64,000 nt of DNA, taken from Diplonema japonicum (taxonomy: Eukaryota > Protista > Euglenozoa: Diplonemea). Positions within the stretch are counted from its first letter, which is position 1. Each line of letters begins with the position of its first letter. A model generated the notes under the pieces. The model made no database searches, had not been told where the DNA came from, and was given only the letters and a program-made list of their open reading frames with translations. The stretch lies in contig OZ025650.1 of NCBI GenBank assembly GCA_964019335.1, forward strand, positions 186,001 through 250,000, read 5' to 3'. Positions 35,452 to 47,197 of the stretch are shown piece after piece. Position numbers and translations under genes: made by a program.

Positions 35452-37722
35452 CTGTAAAACGAATAATGTCGGACGGAAAAATTCCCGGACACCAAAAAAA
35501 CCCGGACATTTTTCCGTCCGGGAGTTTTTCTGGGGAAAAGTCTTTTTTACGGAAGGGGGGTGGCAGCTCCTGCTTTTTTTCCCATACCACCATGTTTGCC
35601 TGGAAGGGCTTAGCAGACTCGTATGCAGAGCCAAAATGTTTACCCTGCGTGGCAGTTTGAATTTTTTTTCCCTCCCTTTCAATGCACCAACAAACAGCAC
35701 CCACAGGATTCTTAACTTTCTTCAATCTCATAAACCCGTACTTCTTTCGTCAAATGACCAGTTCGACTACCCAAGGCACGTTGAGCAACTGGCTTGTGGG
35801 GCGCCCAACTTTGGTTGCTGACACCTCCGACCAGCTCACCCCCCGAGAGGTGGAGGAGATAAACTCCCTACACCGGGCCAAGAAGGCCAGAACAAACCCC
35901 CGAAAGCAGCTCCAGCTCCCGAAGGATACTAAAGCCCTTATTGGGCGATACGCTGCTACCCACGGCGTCGCGGCGGCCAGGTCGTGGTATCGCACGAAAG
36001 AGGGGGTGGAACTAGCAACGTCCAGTATTTCCGACTGGAAAAAAAACTTTGGGGGCTCTGTTGGGCCTGTTGCTGCCCCCTTTACCGTCGGTCGCAAACC
36101 TCTTCTGGCCGAGGCAGAGACTGCCAAGGTTTTTGCTTGGGTCGATAGGCAAAACGAACTTGGCGAGCCTATCTCAGCGCAACAAATATGCACCTATGCA
36201 GAAGGGCTGCTGCGCGCTAATCCAGCCCGAAAGACAGAGCTGGTAGACTTTGGTGGGACACTGTCCTTTTCCACCAGCTGGGCTGACAAGCTTTGCAGCA
36301 GGAAAGGCTACAAAAGCCGCAGGCCCACCACCGGAAACCTGGAAACGAGAAGGACAAAGAGAGGGCACGCTGTTTCGCCATGCAATTCAGGTCTATAATC
36401 GACACCCATAAAGTAAGGCCTGAATTGGTCTGGAATACGGACCAAACCTCCCTGCAGCTGTTGCCGTTGGGGTTAAAAACCAAAACGAAAAGGGGTGCAA
36501 AGGTCGTAAAAGTCCGTGGCTTGGGGGACAAACGGGCCATAACTGGACAGCTGGCTGTCTCCCTGGCTGGGGATAAGTTGCATCCGCAACTTATATACAA
36601 AGGCAGAACGGAACCTGCAGCCGACAGGGTTTATCCAGGGTCCGTGCCCCGGGTCAAGCACCCGCCCACCGAATGGAGCCTAACGGCATCGCCCAGTCAT
36701 TGGGCTAATTATGATACACTCAGTATCTGGGTCAAAAAGCTGTTTCTTCCTTTTTGCAGTAAAACCATCGATTCTCATGGTTTTGCCCCGAACGAGTCGA
36801 TTCTGCTGCTTCTCGATAACTACAACTGTCATTCGACCGATGAGTTTTTGGAGTTGTTCGAAGGCACAAACGTGCACATTGCTTTTGTCCCCCCTGGGCT
36901 CACCTACATGGTTCAACCGATGGATATTGCGCTGTCTCCGGCCAGTCGATCAGGAACAGCTGGGCTTCCTGTTTTGGCCACTACCTGGAACCCGGATGGA
37001 GCCCTATTTGGGAGTTTTCGGTACTTGCTGCATACGCCGGTGTTGCGTGTGTGCTGGCTGTTGGAAAAACATGGGAGGAAGAGTGGGAAGAGGACTGGGG
37101 CTGGGAGGAGGTCTGGGAAGAGGAGGAAGACGAGTACTCCCTATATGCCAGGCTTGCCCAGGACATGGAGCATGGACGTGTGGAAGTCATCGGCGTAGAT
37201 GCATCTTCCGACACGACCACCGTGTCCGCCGCCTCGACGATAACCGAAGAAACCTTTTCCGTTTCTTCAGACTCGTCAGTGGAGATGCTCCCCAGTCTCA
37301 CCCAGCAACGGCTAGATGACGCTGCCGCCAGGAGAGCCGCCAAGAAGGCAACAGCTAAGCCTGCAAGAATGAAGGCAGCAGCTAAGCCCGCAGGCAAGAA
37401 GGCAGCGGCCAAACCCGGAGGCAAGGTAGCACAGTAGATAGCCCTACCCCTCCATTTTTTTCTTTTCTTTTTGCCTTTTATCAATCAGTTTTATCTTGAG
37501 CTTTATGCCCACACGGTATCTTCTTCCAGGGATAATGCGGACACGAAACACATGACCCAGATACCCAGTGGTTCGGTGGCGGTTTCTTCGCGCGGTTGCC
37601 GTTTGCAGGCCAGTATGTAGGTAGTGGACCACGACCTTACAAAAAAAACTCCCGGACGGAAAAACTCCCGGACACCAAAAAAACTCGGACATTTTTCCGT
37701 CCGGGAGTTTTTCGTTTTACAG
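35452..37722 (+). mobile_element. pogo/Tigger-like (Tc1/mariner superfamily) transposon with disrupted transposase
   Basis: TA|CTGTAAAACGAA...TTCGTTTTACAG|TA. CENP-B-type HTH (FSTSWADKL) and DDE_1 motifs WNTDQT, LLLLDNYNCH, VQPMD, split across frames. Confidence 0.9.
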
Positions 37723-38399
37723 TATTGCTTTTTTTCGAAACACAACTGCAATGAACTCGTTTCGCGACTCTCTAAAGATAGAACGCTCGGTCTGTTTTTA
37801 TGTGCATTTTCCGGAGCAGAATGGAAAAGACGGGTTCTCAAGGAGGAAACGCCTACTTAGCGGTTTTTTGGTGCAATAAGAAAAATAATGAACCACGTTG
37901 AAAAGGGGGGAAAGGAGATGAAAAGGAGGAACTAAAAGAATATGCCTTTTCAGTGTTAAACTAGGGTAAGCCCTGGCAGATGGAGGTGGAAAAAAAAGAA
38001 GAAGAAGAAAAAAAGGGAAAAATAAATCAAAAAGATCGGGTTCCCTTTGCCGAATAAAGAAACCATTGGGGCGGGGCACACTCTAACTCGCCCCCCTCCC
38101 GCGAGAGGGTGTGGGGGAGTGCTTCAAAATTTCTTTCCCGAATTCTTAAAAGAAGAAAAAAAAAAAAAAGAAGAAAAAAAACAAGGTTAGGAGGGTAGCC
38201 GTTGCACTCTCATTCTTTTTTTTTTTTCTCTTCTTTCTGTTTCCCATTCTGCATTTTTTTTTTTTTCCCCACAAGGCAGGATACTGGATAGGGATGCCTA
38301 GGTTGCTATTTTTTTTTAAAACTTTGTTCCATCCCTTCAGAAATAAGAACAAAGGGGGGGGGGGGGGGGGGGTCAGGGTGCTTTTAGAAGAAAAAAAAG

Positions 38400-38586
38400 A
38401 TTACTGGTTGCAGTCTTCCCCAATGTCTGTCGTAGACCTTGCCACACGCATCTCGTTCTGGAGATTTTTCGATCCCCATTGTGCCGTGCTGTCACAGCTT
38501 CCGTCCTGATCCAGAACACATCGGGAGAGGGATCAATGCGTCAGGAGGTAATTATGAGCAGTGGGCTTCTGTTCCTGCCGTCCTCA
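38400..38586. other. GC-balanced, self-complementary ~185-nt island (candidate ncRNA)
   Basis: Nested stems ACCT/AGGT, ACGCAT/ATGCGT and GTTCTGGA/TCCAGAAC plus small hairpins; no convincing ORF. Confidence 0.35.
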
Positions 38587-38635
38587 AAATAAAATAAAAA
38601 GGGGAAGGGGAAGGGTTAAAATAAATAAAACAGAC

Positions 38636-38680
38636 ATCACGTGTATTAGGGAGGTAACTAAGGTCAAGTGGCGCAACTTT
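38636..38680 (-). promoter_or_regulatory. Conserved 45-nt block 3' of MVP copy 2
   Basis: Identical to 32247-32291. Confidence 0.55.
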
Positions 38681-38801
38681 CTTCTCTTCTTACTATTATC
38701 TCTGTTTCTTGTTCTTTCTTTTTTTTTTTTCCCTTGCACTTTATTGTGTCGTCTTCTTTTTTTGATTCGCTTTTTTTCTGGTATCTCTTCTTCTCTTCTG
38801 C

Positions 38802-41506
38802 TTACTGCTGCCCAGGAAGGCCACCAATCATGCCACCTGCAGTGTTGAAGAGGTTGATGGGGGAGTTCCCGTCCGTAATGAGGTACCTGTTTGGTGTTTT
38901 GTATTCAATAGAATTTCCGTGTTAAAAATCTAGACATACCCCTTCAGGTTCAGCCCCTCGAGGAGCTTTGCCTGCATCTCCGGCCCTGCCCTGGCCATGG
39001 CGAGCACGGTCTCGGGCCCGATCGCGTCCATTGTGTCTGCGAACTTCTTCGCCTCGATCTCGCTGAGCTTCTTCGTCTTCTCCACCTCAAGGTTGTTCAG
39101 CCTGTGCTGGTACTCCAGAGTCGCCTTGTGCTTCGACTTCATCATCTCCATCTCAGCGTCAGCACTGATTCTCTGAGCGTCTGCCTTCAGCTGTGCCTGC
39201 TGGAGCTCGCTGTTGGCCTCGATGAGCATCGCCTCCGCCCTTGCCTCTGCCTCAGCCTTCGCCTGCCCAGTGGCCTCGATGGCCTCACTCTCGGCTTGCA
39301 GCTTCAGGTACTCCTTCTTCTGCTTCTCGGACTCTTGGGCATCCTGTTTTTTTTGTTTTGTTTTGTTTTGTTTTGTTTTGTTCTGTTCACACCCTCAGCT
39401 TGCGTCTTTCAAGCTCACTGCCAGCCTTCTGGGCATCCCTCTCAGCCATGTGCCTCGCCGTAGCCTCCTGGGACTTTGTGGTGATCTCGATGGCGAGCTG
39501 CACAGACTTCTGCAGAGAGTCCCTCGTCTTCTGGTCCACAGGCTCCACAGACTGGATGTCGACGTTCGTGATGGCCAAGTTGTTGGCGACAAACCTGAAC
39601 TCGTCACGGATCTTCTTGTTCTCGTTGAATCCGAAGACGGCTCCCCTGATGATCTTGGCGGAGTTCCTGTGGAAGGAGTCGAAGGATTCCATTGCAATCT
39701 GCCCACGGATCCTCCCGGCCATCGCCTTGCAGGCGTCACCCACGAAGTCGGGAACCGAGAACACCTTCTTGCACTCGTCAGCGTCGCTCTTGTCGAGGGC
39801 GAACCTCCAGTTGTAGGAGAGGCGCAGCTCCAGCCTTGCATGGTCGCTCGTCTCCACCGTGATCAGGTCAGTCATGAAGGCGGGCCCGAGGTGCAGCTGC
39901 AGCGACCCGATCACGTGCGGGCGCTTTGGCTTGTCACCGCTGAGGGACAGCACGGTGAAGCTCTCGTCCGGCTGCAGCATCACGAGGTCGGGACCGAACA
40001 CAATACGCGGCTCCTTTCCAGCGTAGTCGTAGATCTGGACAGCAGCGTTGTGTGAGATGTTGAACCTCACAGCCTTCGTCTTGTCCCTCGGCACCATCGT
40101 CCGTGCCTGGTCCTTCACGTTGTGCTTCATCCCCTTCGGGCACTGCAGAAGTTCCTCAACCACTGGAGGAAGTTCCTTCTCCCAAAGTACCTCGTCCTCC
40201 GCAAGCATGCACGCCTTCCCGGTCACCATCGTCACCTTCCCCGTGGTCTCGTTCCTGATGTACACACCCTCGTTGTCGTCAAGAGGGATTGCCCTGCGCT
40301 TGTCAATCACCTCCACCTCCGTCGGGGGGATGTACTCCAAAGGCCCCCTCAGCATCCACTTCTCACCAGGAACCCTCGCCGTCCCGTTGTCTTTGAAGGC
40401 CTCCAGTGCCTTCACCAAGATCGCCTCGTCTGCCCCCAGGATCTCGATGTCGTGAACACAGTCGTCGGCAAGCCTCTCACCGGGGTGCAGGAAGAACGAG
40501 GTTCCTTCACCCTCCCCTCGTCGGATCTCCCTGTGCCCGAATCGCTGCACTCCATCTGTGATGGGGTCGATCACAACGCAGTACTGCCTGTTCGAGAGGG
40601 TGGTGATGTTCACGGTCCTGATCACCTTCTCATCCACCTTTTGTTTTTTTTAGTATTGTTATTATTTATCTTGCTGTTGTGTGATCATACCTCAGGGATG
40701 AAGGCGGAGGTGTCGTGCAGCGTCACAAGCCACCTCTCCCCAGCGCACCTCTTCTTCTTGAAGATGTCAGTGTGGGTCGTGATAGCCTCCACCTCAACAG
40801 CCTTCCTGTCCGTCAGAACCTTCGCCTCCACAGTCCCAACCACTTCCTCCTCCACAGCAGGCATGTACGCCCCGTCTTCCCTGATCAGCCACTCCTCCCC
40901 TCCCTTCCTCTCATTCCCGGACTCGTCCGTGAAGTCCACCTTCGCTCGGATCCTCAAGGCCTCATTCGGCTTCACAACCTTTGCACCCACCTTCGCCACG
41001 AAAGCCACCTTCTCGCTGGGAATGTAGGTCCTGGGACCGAGGAAGAGCCACTCGTCGCCAGCCTTCCTCTCCACCCCGGTATCCGCGTCAGTGAAGTCCC
41101 TCTCGGCCTTCAGGCGCAGGGCAGTGTTCTTTGGTACGACGGTCAGCTTCTTGATGGGTTGTTCTCCCTTCACATCCTTCCCGACAAGCACCTCACCAGG
41201 GTACAGGGGGAACGGCATCGTCCACTGCTTCCCGTCGTTCACCCTCACCTCCTCGTCCCCGAAGCGAACAGACGCCTGCCCGTGCTCATCGGGGAGGGCC
41301 GTCCCGTCCGCATCCCGCTTGATCGGGTTCTTCACCCTGCAGAAGCACTGCGGCGGGAGGGCGATGAACTTCTCAGGTCCAGCCACCACCCTCTCGTGGT
41401 CCCTCTTCGTGAAGGTGTCCGGTCCCAGCACCGCTGTGATCAGGTTCGCATTGTTGTCAAGCACATGGATGTACTCATCCCTCTTCAGTCGGATTACTTC
41501 ACCCAT
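38802..41506 (-). CDS. MVP: Major vault protein, copy 2
   Basis: Same sequence and ORF translations as copy 1, offset 6425 bp. Confidence 0.97.
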
Positions 41507-41622
41507 CTTTTTCTGCTGTGTATTCTTGGCCCTGTGTGGTTTGTATAGTCCTTTGAAATTTTGTTCAGTTTTAATTCTAAACTGCCCGATAAAAATAGGC
41601 ACTGCGATGAACACCTACACTG

Positions 41623-42279
41623 CTACAAACTGTATGCCGGGCTGTCAAGCCGCATCCAGCGAGGATTGGCTTCGGACCCTAGCCGGGCGTAGCCGTGGGA
41701 GAGTAGATAAGTGTCCCATACGGAGTAGGGGAGGCCTGTGGAGATGGCTATGAAGAGAACACGATGAGGGATAGGCTGAGGGGGCTTAGAGGTTTCGTGG
41801 ATGTGCAGGGAGACGATATCGACATTGGGGGGGAAGGAGGAGAGGATGGATGTAAGACTAAAGTGAGGGAGAGAAGGATCGGCTTGCGTTGTAGGTGGGA
41901 ACTGAGGAAGGTACGCCACCAATCGTATCACATTGCGAAGGTCAGATGGGGCCGTGTTCAGCGACCCGCTCACTACTAGCATAGAAGCACCAGGATCTCC
42001 TCCATAGTCATCTATTTCAGTATAACCATTAATTTGCACGTACAACCGAACCGTGCCTTCTGGTAGGTCAAGCCCAAGCCCACCACTTCCCACGGCTACT
42101 TCTTTTGTCTTCTCAACTTTTGTTGCCTCCTTTGCCGCCATTGACCTGTACAATAAAACGCACAATACTAGAACCAAGGCCCCTGCGGCTCCCTTTCTCG
42201 CCCATCTTTTACTTCCTGAAGGCTTTGGAGCCCCCAGGTCCGAGCGCACCCCGGACGCGAAGGGGTTGACTTCTCGCAT
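41623..42279 (-). CDS. Type II membrane protein, unknown function
   Basis: MREVNPF.. with a TM segment (GAAGALVLVLCVLLY) and a lumenal domain. Confidence 0.55.
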   Translation of the reverse strand: MREVNPFASGVRSDLGAPKPSGSKRWARKGAAGALVLVLCVLLYRSMAAKEATKVEKTKEVAVGSGGLGLDLPEGTVRLYVQINGYTEIDDYGGDPGASMLVVSGSLNTAPSDLRNVIRLVAYLPQFPPTTQADPSLPHFSLTSILSSFPPNVDIVSLHIHETSKPPQPIPHRVLFIAISTGLPYSVWDTYLLSHGYARLGSEANPRWMRLDSPAYSL

Positions 42280-42369
42280 CTTCTCTCCCCCTTCTTTACA
42301 AAGTTGTTGATACCAAGTGCAGCGAAGAAGCAAAAATAGAACAAACTTAAAGAAGAAGGCCAGCACCGT

Positions 42370-42406
<37 letters not shown>

Positions 42407-42888
42407 TTCCTTTTTTTTTCCTCATTCTGTTTCTTGTTGTACATCTTCTCTTTTCTTCTTCTTTCTTCAGGCAATTGATCAAAGTAATATGGAATGAAGG
42501 AGTGAGGGCAAGGGAGGAAAAAGCGGATAGTAAGAATAAGCAAAAGGGGGGAGGGTAGAAGGAAGTAAAGGGTTTGAAGTCCCTAAAAGAATAGAAGAGG
42601 TAATGTTATAATAATGAAACAAAAAAAAAGGCTTGCAAACGGGGGGCAAAAAAAAATGTTTCAAAAAAAAAAAAAAAAAAAAAAACGGGAAAGGAAAAAA
42701 AAAGGGGGGGTTTTCGAAGTGTTTCCAATAGAAATTGGACTTTCGTGATTTCTTTTTTTTTTTTTCCTTTTCCTGAAAGAAAAAAAAAAAAAAAAGTGAA
42801 TGAAAAAAAGAAGAAAAAAAAAACTGACTTTAACAGAGAACAAAGAAGCTTCACCCTTTAAAAGGGTTTACTCCCCCTATTTTTTTTC

Positions 42889-44282
42889 TCACCTCGACCT
42901 CACCCCCATTGCAGCAAGGGTCCACCACAGAGTCGTCGTTACGAGGAAAAACAGAAAATAACAGATGAGGCTCACAATGGGAGGTGCGGAGCAGGTGGAC
43001 ACGAGAGACAAGAGGAGGAAGGCAGCGTACACCTTTTTTTTTTTTTTTTTTTTTTTAAATAACATACAATGCAAGCCGCGCAATACCAAACAGAGACTAT
43101 CCAGTCAAGTAGCGTTTCCGAAGTGGTGCCCCACACAGCCTTCCAGATAGTGTGCCCCACAAGCCCAATACCAATAGACCCGAAGACCGCAAAAAGCGAG
43201 TACGTCAAAGCAAAGGCTTGATGGCACGTTATAACACGTGAATCTTCAATAGAAATGGTGATAAGCTGTAAAGTCAACCAGACGGGAGACGTCAGCCCAA
43301 CCAACGCAAGTCCAAATAAAGACTGCCGTATTCCAGCTATCATGTGGGTCCCGCCTCGTATCTTACTGATGACAAGCCGTGAGAACTCCCGGAAGGCGTC
43401 GGTGACGATGACAAGCTTTGAAAAGGAGACAGGAAAGACGATGGTGTACCAGGGAAGAGGACTGCCTTCAAGCTTTATAACACCCAGTGTCACGGTGACG
43501 CACCATGCTACTGTGATCAAGGATACGTATTTCAGCATTTTTGTTTCGGGGGCGGGGCCGCCCATGCCGATGTGTACCATTCTGCTGATCACGAGGAAAC
43601 CTAGGATCCAGGTGTTACACGCGACTACCTTGCCGCATAATGCAGCCACCCCCCACGGTGCGGAGTTCCCGTTGTGAACATGTAAGACCGAAGCGAACAG
43701 TCCTATCGTGATGGCTAGCAAGACAAACAAAATGTAGATAGGCCAGGTTAACATCGTGAGCGATTTCATGAAGGACAGCACACCAAGGATTTTTTCTTCC
43801 CTTGCTTTGCGTCGTTGTAGGAGAAGTTCTTTCTTCCCGACCTTCTCGTATAGGTACATCCATTCCGTTTTGTAAGCCGATTTGAAGCAGCTGTCTGGCA
43901 GTGTGGTGCGGGACAGGATGGGGAGCTGCATCGGCGGCAATGTGGCGTGGGTGGCCTGATCAAGGTCGTCCAGTATCAGATCGCTGAACGGAATGTAAGA
44001 AGTGTTCGAAAAATTCTCGTTGAAAAAAACCCGCCATATGTCATCTGAGGACGTGGCACGGTACGCCTTCCAGCACACACCAGACACAACCACCACCTCA
44101 CGCAGACGGAGGTAGCTGCAAACCAGTTTAAAACACTCCACTGGAACGTCGCCAAACGGTTCATGATCTTCATTGTCCATCTCAATGATCATGCACTCGG
44201 CTTGCTTACTGTCCCACACCCTCACCTCTCCATGGCTCGAGGAGGGCGACACCACGTCAAGTGGATGGTGGCATGCAATCAT
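42889..44282 (-). CDS. F-box protein with multi-pass membrane C-terminus; at least one intron (~43033-43087)
   Basis: VPVECFKLVCSYL..VSGVCWKAY..SDDIWR (F-box); several TMs including KLEGSPLPWYTIVFPV (TMEM185/203-like). Confidence 0.75.
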
Positions 44283-44505
44283 ATTTTCTTTTTTTCTTTC
44301 TTGTGTAAATAGAAGAAGAAAAAAGTGTTTTTTTTTATAAAAAGTATCGCATGCCTTTTTATATATATATATATTTATAAACCCCTCACATCAAAAAAAA
44401 CAATTCTTAATAACTCTCTTTTTTTATCGAAAAGAAGGGGGGGGGGGGTAGACAAAAGAAAGAGGGGGGTCAATCGTGCATGTGAAAGTGTTAGGGCAGC
44501 AAAGA

Positions 44506-44547
<42 letters not shown>

Positions 44548-44552
44548 ATTTC

Positions 44553-45815
44553 TCACATGACGGCACACGAGAACCACCTCTTCATCCTGTATTTCTCTGG
44601 TAAGGCCAGCTCGAGTGACTTTGCTAATCCGGCCGGGGTTTTGCCTTTGTTGTTCTTCACGGTGTGCACTTTCATGCAGGTGAGGCATCTGTCAACAATA
44701 TGCTGTTTCCCTGTCAACAGCGCAATGTGTAAAGGTGTGTTGCCGTCGGCATCAGCAAGTGTGGGGTCCGCACCGAGGGAGAGGAGACGTTTCAGGCCAG
44801 TTATGTTGCCCATACTGGCGGGGTAGAAGATGGGTGCCCAGCCTTTTTTGTTGGGTATGTTCAGAGCATCCTTGCTGACAGACCTGTAACTGGATGCCTT
44901 GTCCCACATTTGCGCCAAAATGTTTAAAGGTGTATTGCCGTTTGAATCCACAACTTTTGTCAGCCCACTTGACGCTCTTATGTACTCTTCCCAAACGTCT
45001 TCAGGCGCAATGCTCACGGCAGCATGCAGGACAGTGCCCCCGTCGATGTCACGTTGGTTCACATCACACCCTGCAGCTAGCAGAAACCTCACCATTTCCA
45101 TGTCCTTTGCAAAGAACAGACCGTTTTCCCCTCTCTGGTTGCTGATCGTCACATTCGCGCCTGCTTTCATCAGCAGTTCAACGCAATAAATGTTGCCATT
45201 GTAAATGGCGTCCAGCAATGGGGTGTTGCCGTGTTTATTGACAGGGGAATGTTGAGCACCTGCTTCAAGGAGGAATGTCACCATGTTTGGATGGCAGGTT
45301 GCACGGTGCAAAGGGGTAGCACCGGAGTTGCTCTTAACATTGAGCAGCCCATCGGACTCGAGGAGGTACCCCATGAGCTCAGTGTTCCCGGAGCGTGCCG
45401 CGGCATGAATACTGGTGTCGCCTATCATGTCAGGGGCGTTGATGCCAACACCTGCAGCAAGGAGGTTTTCGACAGTCCTTTTATCATTTCGTTCGATTGC
45501 CCTCACAAGGCTGCATGGGGTGAGCTCGATTTCAGCCTCGCTGAGTTTTGCCTTTGCCTCCTCCCGCACGGCTCCCCATTTATCATACTCTACTTTTATC
45601 ACATCGTCTTGTGTAATGCCCACGCAGCTCACCCTGCCTTCGCAGCTGTCATCCAACTTGTCCAGATCAATGTCGTTAAACATCAGCCGTAACCTGTCAA
45701 CGTCCAGTTCCAGTTCATCTGCTACTTGTTTTTTAACATCCAACGCTGTGCTGTGCTCGTGTATCACCACCGTGCATTCCCTTCCTGTGTTGGGGACAGC
45801 TGCGAGAACTTCCAT
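44553..45815 (-). CDS. Ubiquitin-like N-terminus plus ankyrin repeats plus CaaX box
   Basis: Repeated G.TPLH motifs; ends KRWFSCAVM. Confidence 0.88.
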   Translation of the reverse strand: MEVLAAVPNTGRECTVVIHEHSTALDVKKQVADELELDVDRLRLMFNDIDLDKLDDSCEGRVSCVGITQDDVIKVEYDKWGAVREEAKAKLSEAEIELTPCSLVRAIERNDKRTVENLLAAGVGINAPDMIGDTSIHAAARSGNTELMGYLLESDGLLNVKSNSGATPLHRATCHPNMVTFLLEAGAQHSPVNKHGNTPLLDAIYNGNIYCVELLMKAGANVTISNQRGENGLFFAKDMEMVRFLLAAGCDVNQRDIDGGTVLHAAVSIAPEDVWEEYIRASSGLTKVVDSNGNTPLNILAQMWDKASSYRSVSKDALNIPNKKGWAPIFYPASMGNITGLKRLLSLGADPTLADADGNTPLHIALLTGKQHIVDRCLTCMKVHTVKNNKGKTPAGLAKSLELALPEKYRMKRWFSCAVM

Positions 45816-45897
45816 TTCACCTCTTTTTATTGTTGTTATTTTTTTTTTTTTTAAATTCTTCGAAGAAAAAAAAAGGGGGGGGGGAATAAAACCACCA

Positions 45898-46449
45898 TTA
45901 GGTCATTTTAATCGTTTTCAAAACACACTCCCCGAGGAGGCGGTAGCCGTTCTCGTTCATATGAACATTGTCGTCGTAAAGGTTGCTGCGGTTCTCTGGT
46001 TTCGCGATTTCGTCGTGAAAATCAACAGTCTTCATGTTCTTCTCCCTCGAGTATGTTTTAATAAGCGTGTTCAAGGCATCGCGAGGCCCGTCTAGAGGGG
46101 AGAATGGTTCGGACAGAGGTGGCACAGTGACAGTGACCACCTCTATAGACTTTGACTGTGCCATATCATACATTTTGTTAAGATCCATGAAAATCTCTTC
46201 TGGTGGCCTTTGGTCTGCAAGGTCGTTGGTGCCCCCTAGCAGCACACAATACTCAAAATCACTGTCCTTTGCCAGTGTCTTCTCAAAATCATTCACTAAC
46301 CCGTCGCATCTCCACCCAGGGTGCCCTATCGAGACTGCTTCTATGTTATTTTCCTCGTTTAAAATATGCGAGTACGGGGTGTTCCTCAGTCCTCCAAGCC
46401 ACCACCCTGCTGTTAGTGAGTCCCCGTAACATAGTACCCTTCTCTTCAT
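45898..46449 (-). CDS. SGNH/GDSL hydrolase
   Basis: YGDSLTAG, GHPG, GGTND, DNVH blocks. Confidence 0.9.
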   Translation of the reverse strand: MKRRVLCYGDSLTAGWWLGGLRNTPYSHILNEENNIEAVSIGHPGWRCDGLVNDFEKTLAKDSDFEYCVLLGGTNDLADQRPPEEIFMDLNKMYDMAQSKSIEVVTVTVPPLSEPFSPLDGPRDALNTLIKTYSREKNMKTVDFHDEIAKPENRSNLYDDNVHMNENGYRLLGECVLKTIKMT

Positions 46450-46512
46450 TTGTTTTCCACCGTTGTGTAGAACTGTTAGGTGCGGGTGGGTATTGGAAAA
46501 ATTAAAGGAGGG

Positions 46513-46543
<31 letters not shown>

Positions 46544-46915
46544 TACGTGGAATACACATCGGATTGCGAGGGGTGGGGGTGGGGAGAACAAAAAAAAAAA
46601 GAAGAAGAAGAAAGAGAAATGACTCGGTCGTTATTATTATTTTTTTTTTCACTTTCGTCATTCTCATCCCCTTTCCCCCCTCTCCCCCCTCATCTGCCCC
46701 CCTTCTCCTATTCCCTTCTTTTACACTAGCGTGGAGTTATTATGAAAAAAAAAAGAACTTTTTTTTTTGGTGAGGGAACAAAGAAAAAGAAGGGAAGACT
46801 TAAAAAAAAAAAAAAGCACACACTAAACAAAAAAAAAAGAAAAAAAAAACTCATTCTTCTTCTTTCCCCCCTCTTCTCTTTTTTTTTCCCCCCCATCGCC
46901 CTTACACCACTATAT

Positions 46916-47197
46916 TCAGACCCAGAGCCCAACAGTCAGGAAAGTGAATAAGACACCTTTTTTTTTTTTTTTTTTTTTTTTTTAAAGTTGTTGTTGTTGT
47001 TGTTTCATACCGATGCTCATGAAGACTGAACTGCAAATGGCAATAAGGAGTTCATTGGCTATGCTTGAGGATTTAGTAGAGGAGCGTGCAGCGAAGAAGT
47101 AGGCCATCAAACTGAAGCCGAGAATGGTGAAAATCACTGCGAGCATCGAGTGCATGGAGTAGCTAACGGGTGGCTGGAAAGGTACGAACTCTGTCAT
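46916..47197 (-). CDS. OST5: Oligosaccharyltransferase subunit OST5/TMEM258; one intron
   Basis: PFQPPV..ELLIAICSSVFMSI|GVLFTFLTVGLWV*. Confidence 0.8.

Noticed and set aside
32679-35660. Long antisense ORFs over MVP (similarly over SERCA and GtaA)
   Set aside because: Expected from high GC3 codon bias.
35452-37722. Fanzor/TnpB cargo in the transposons
   Set aside because: No RuvC motifs or terminal zinc finger of that type recognised in any of the three elements.
35133-37960. Kolobok/TTAA-type outer element
   Set aside because: Only 5-7 bp of end complementarity and no matching TTAA on the right.
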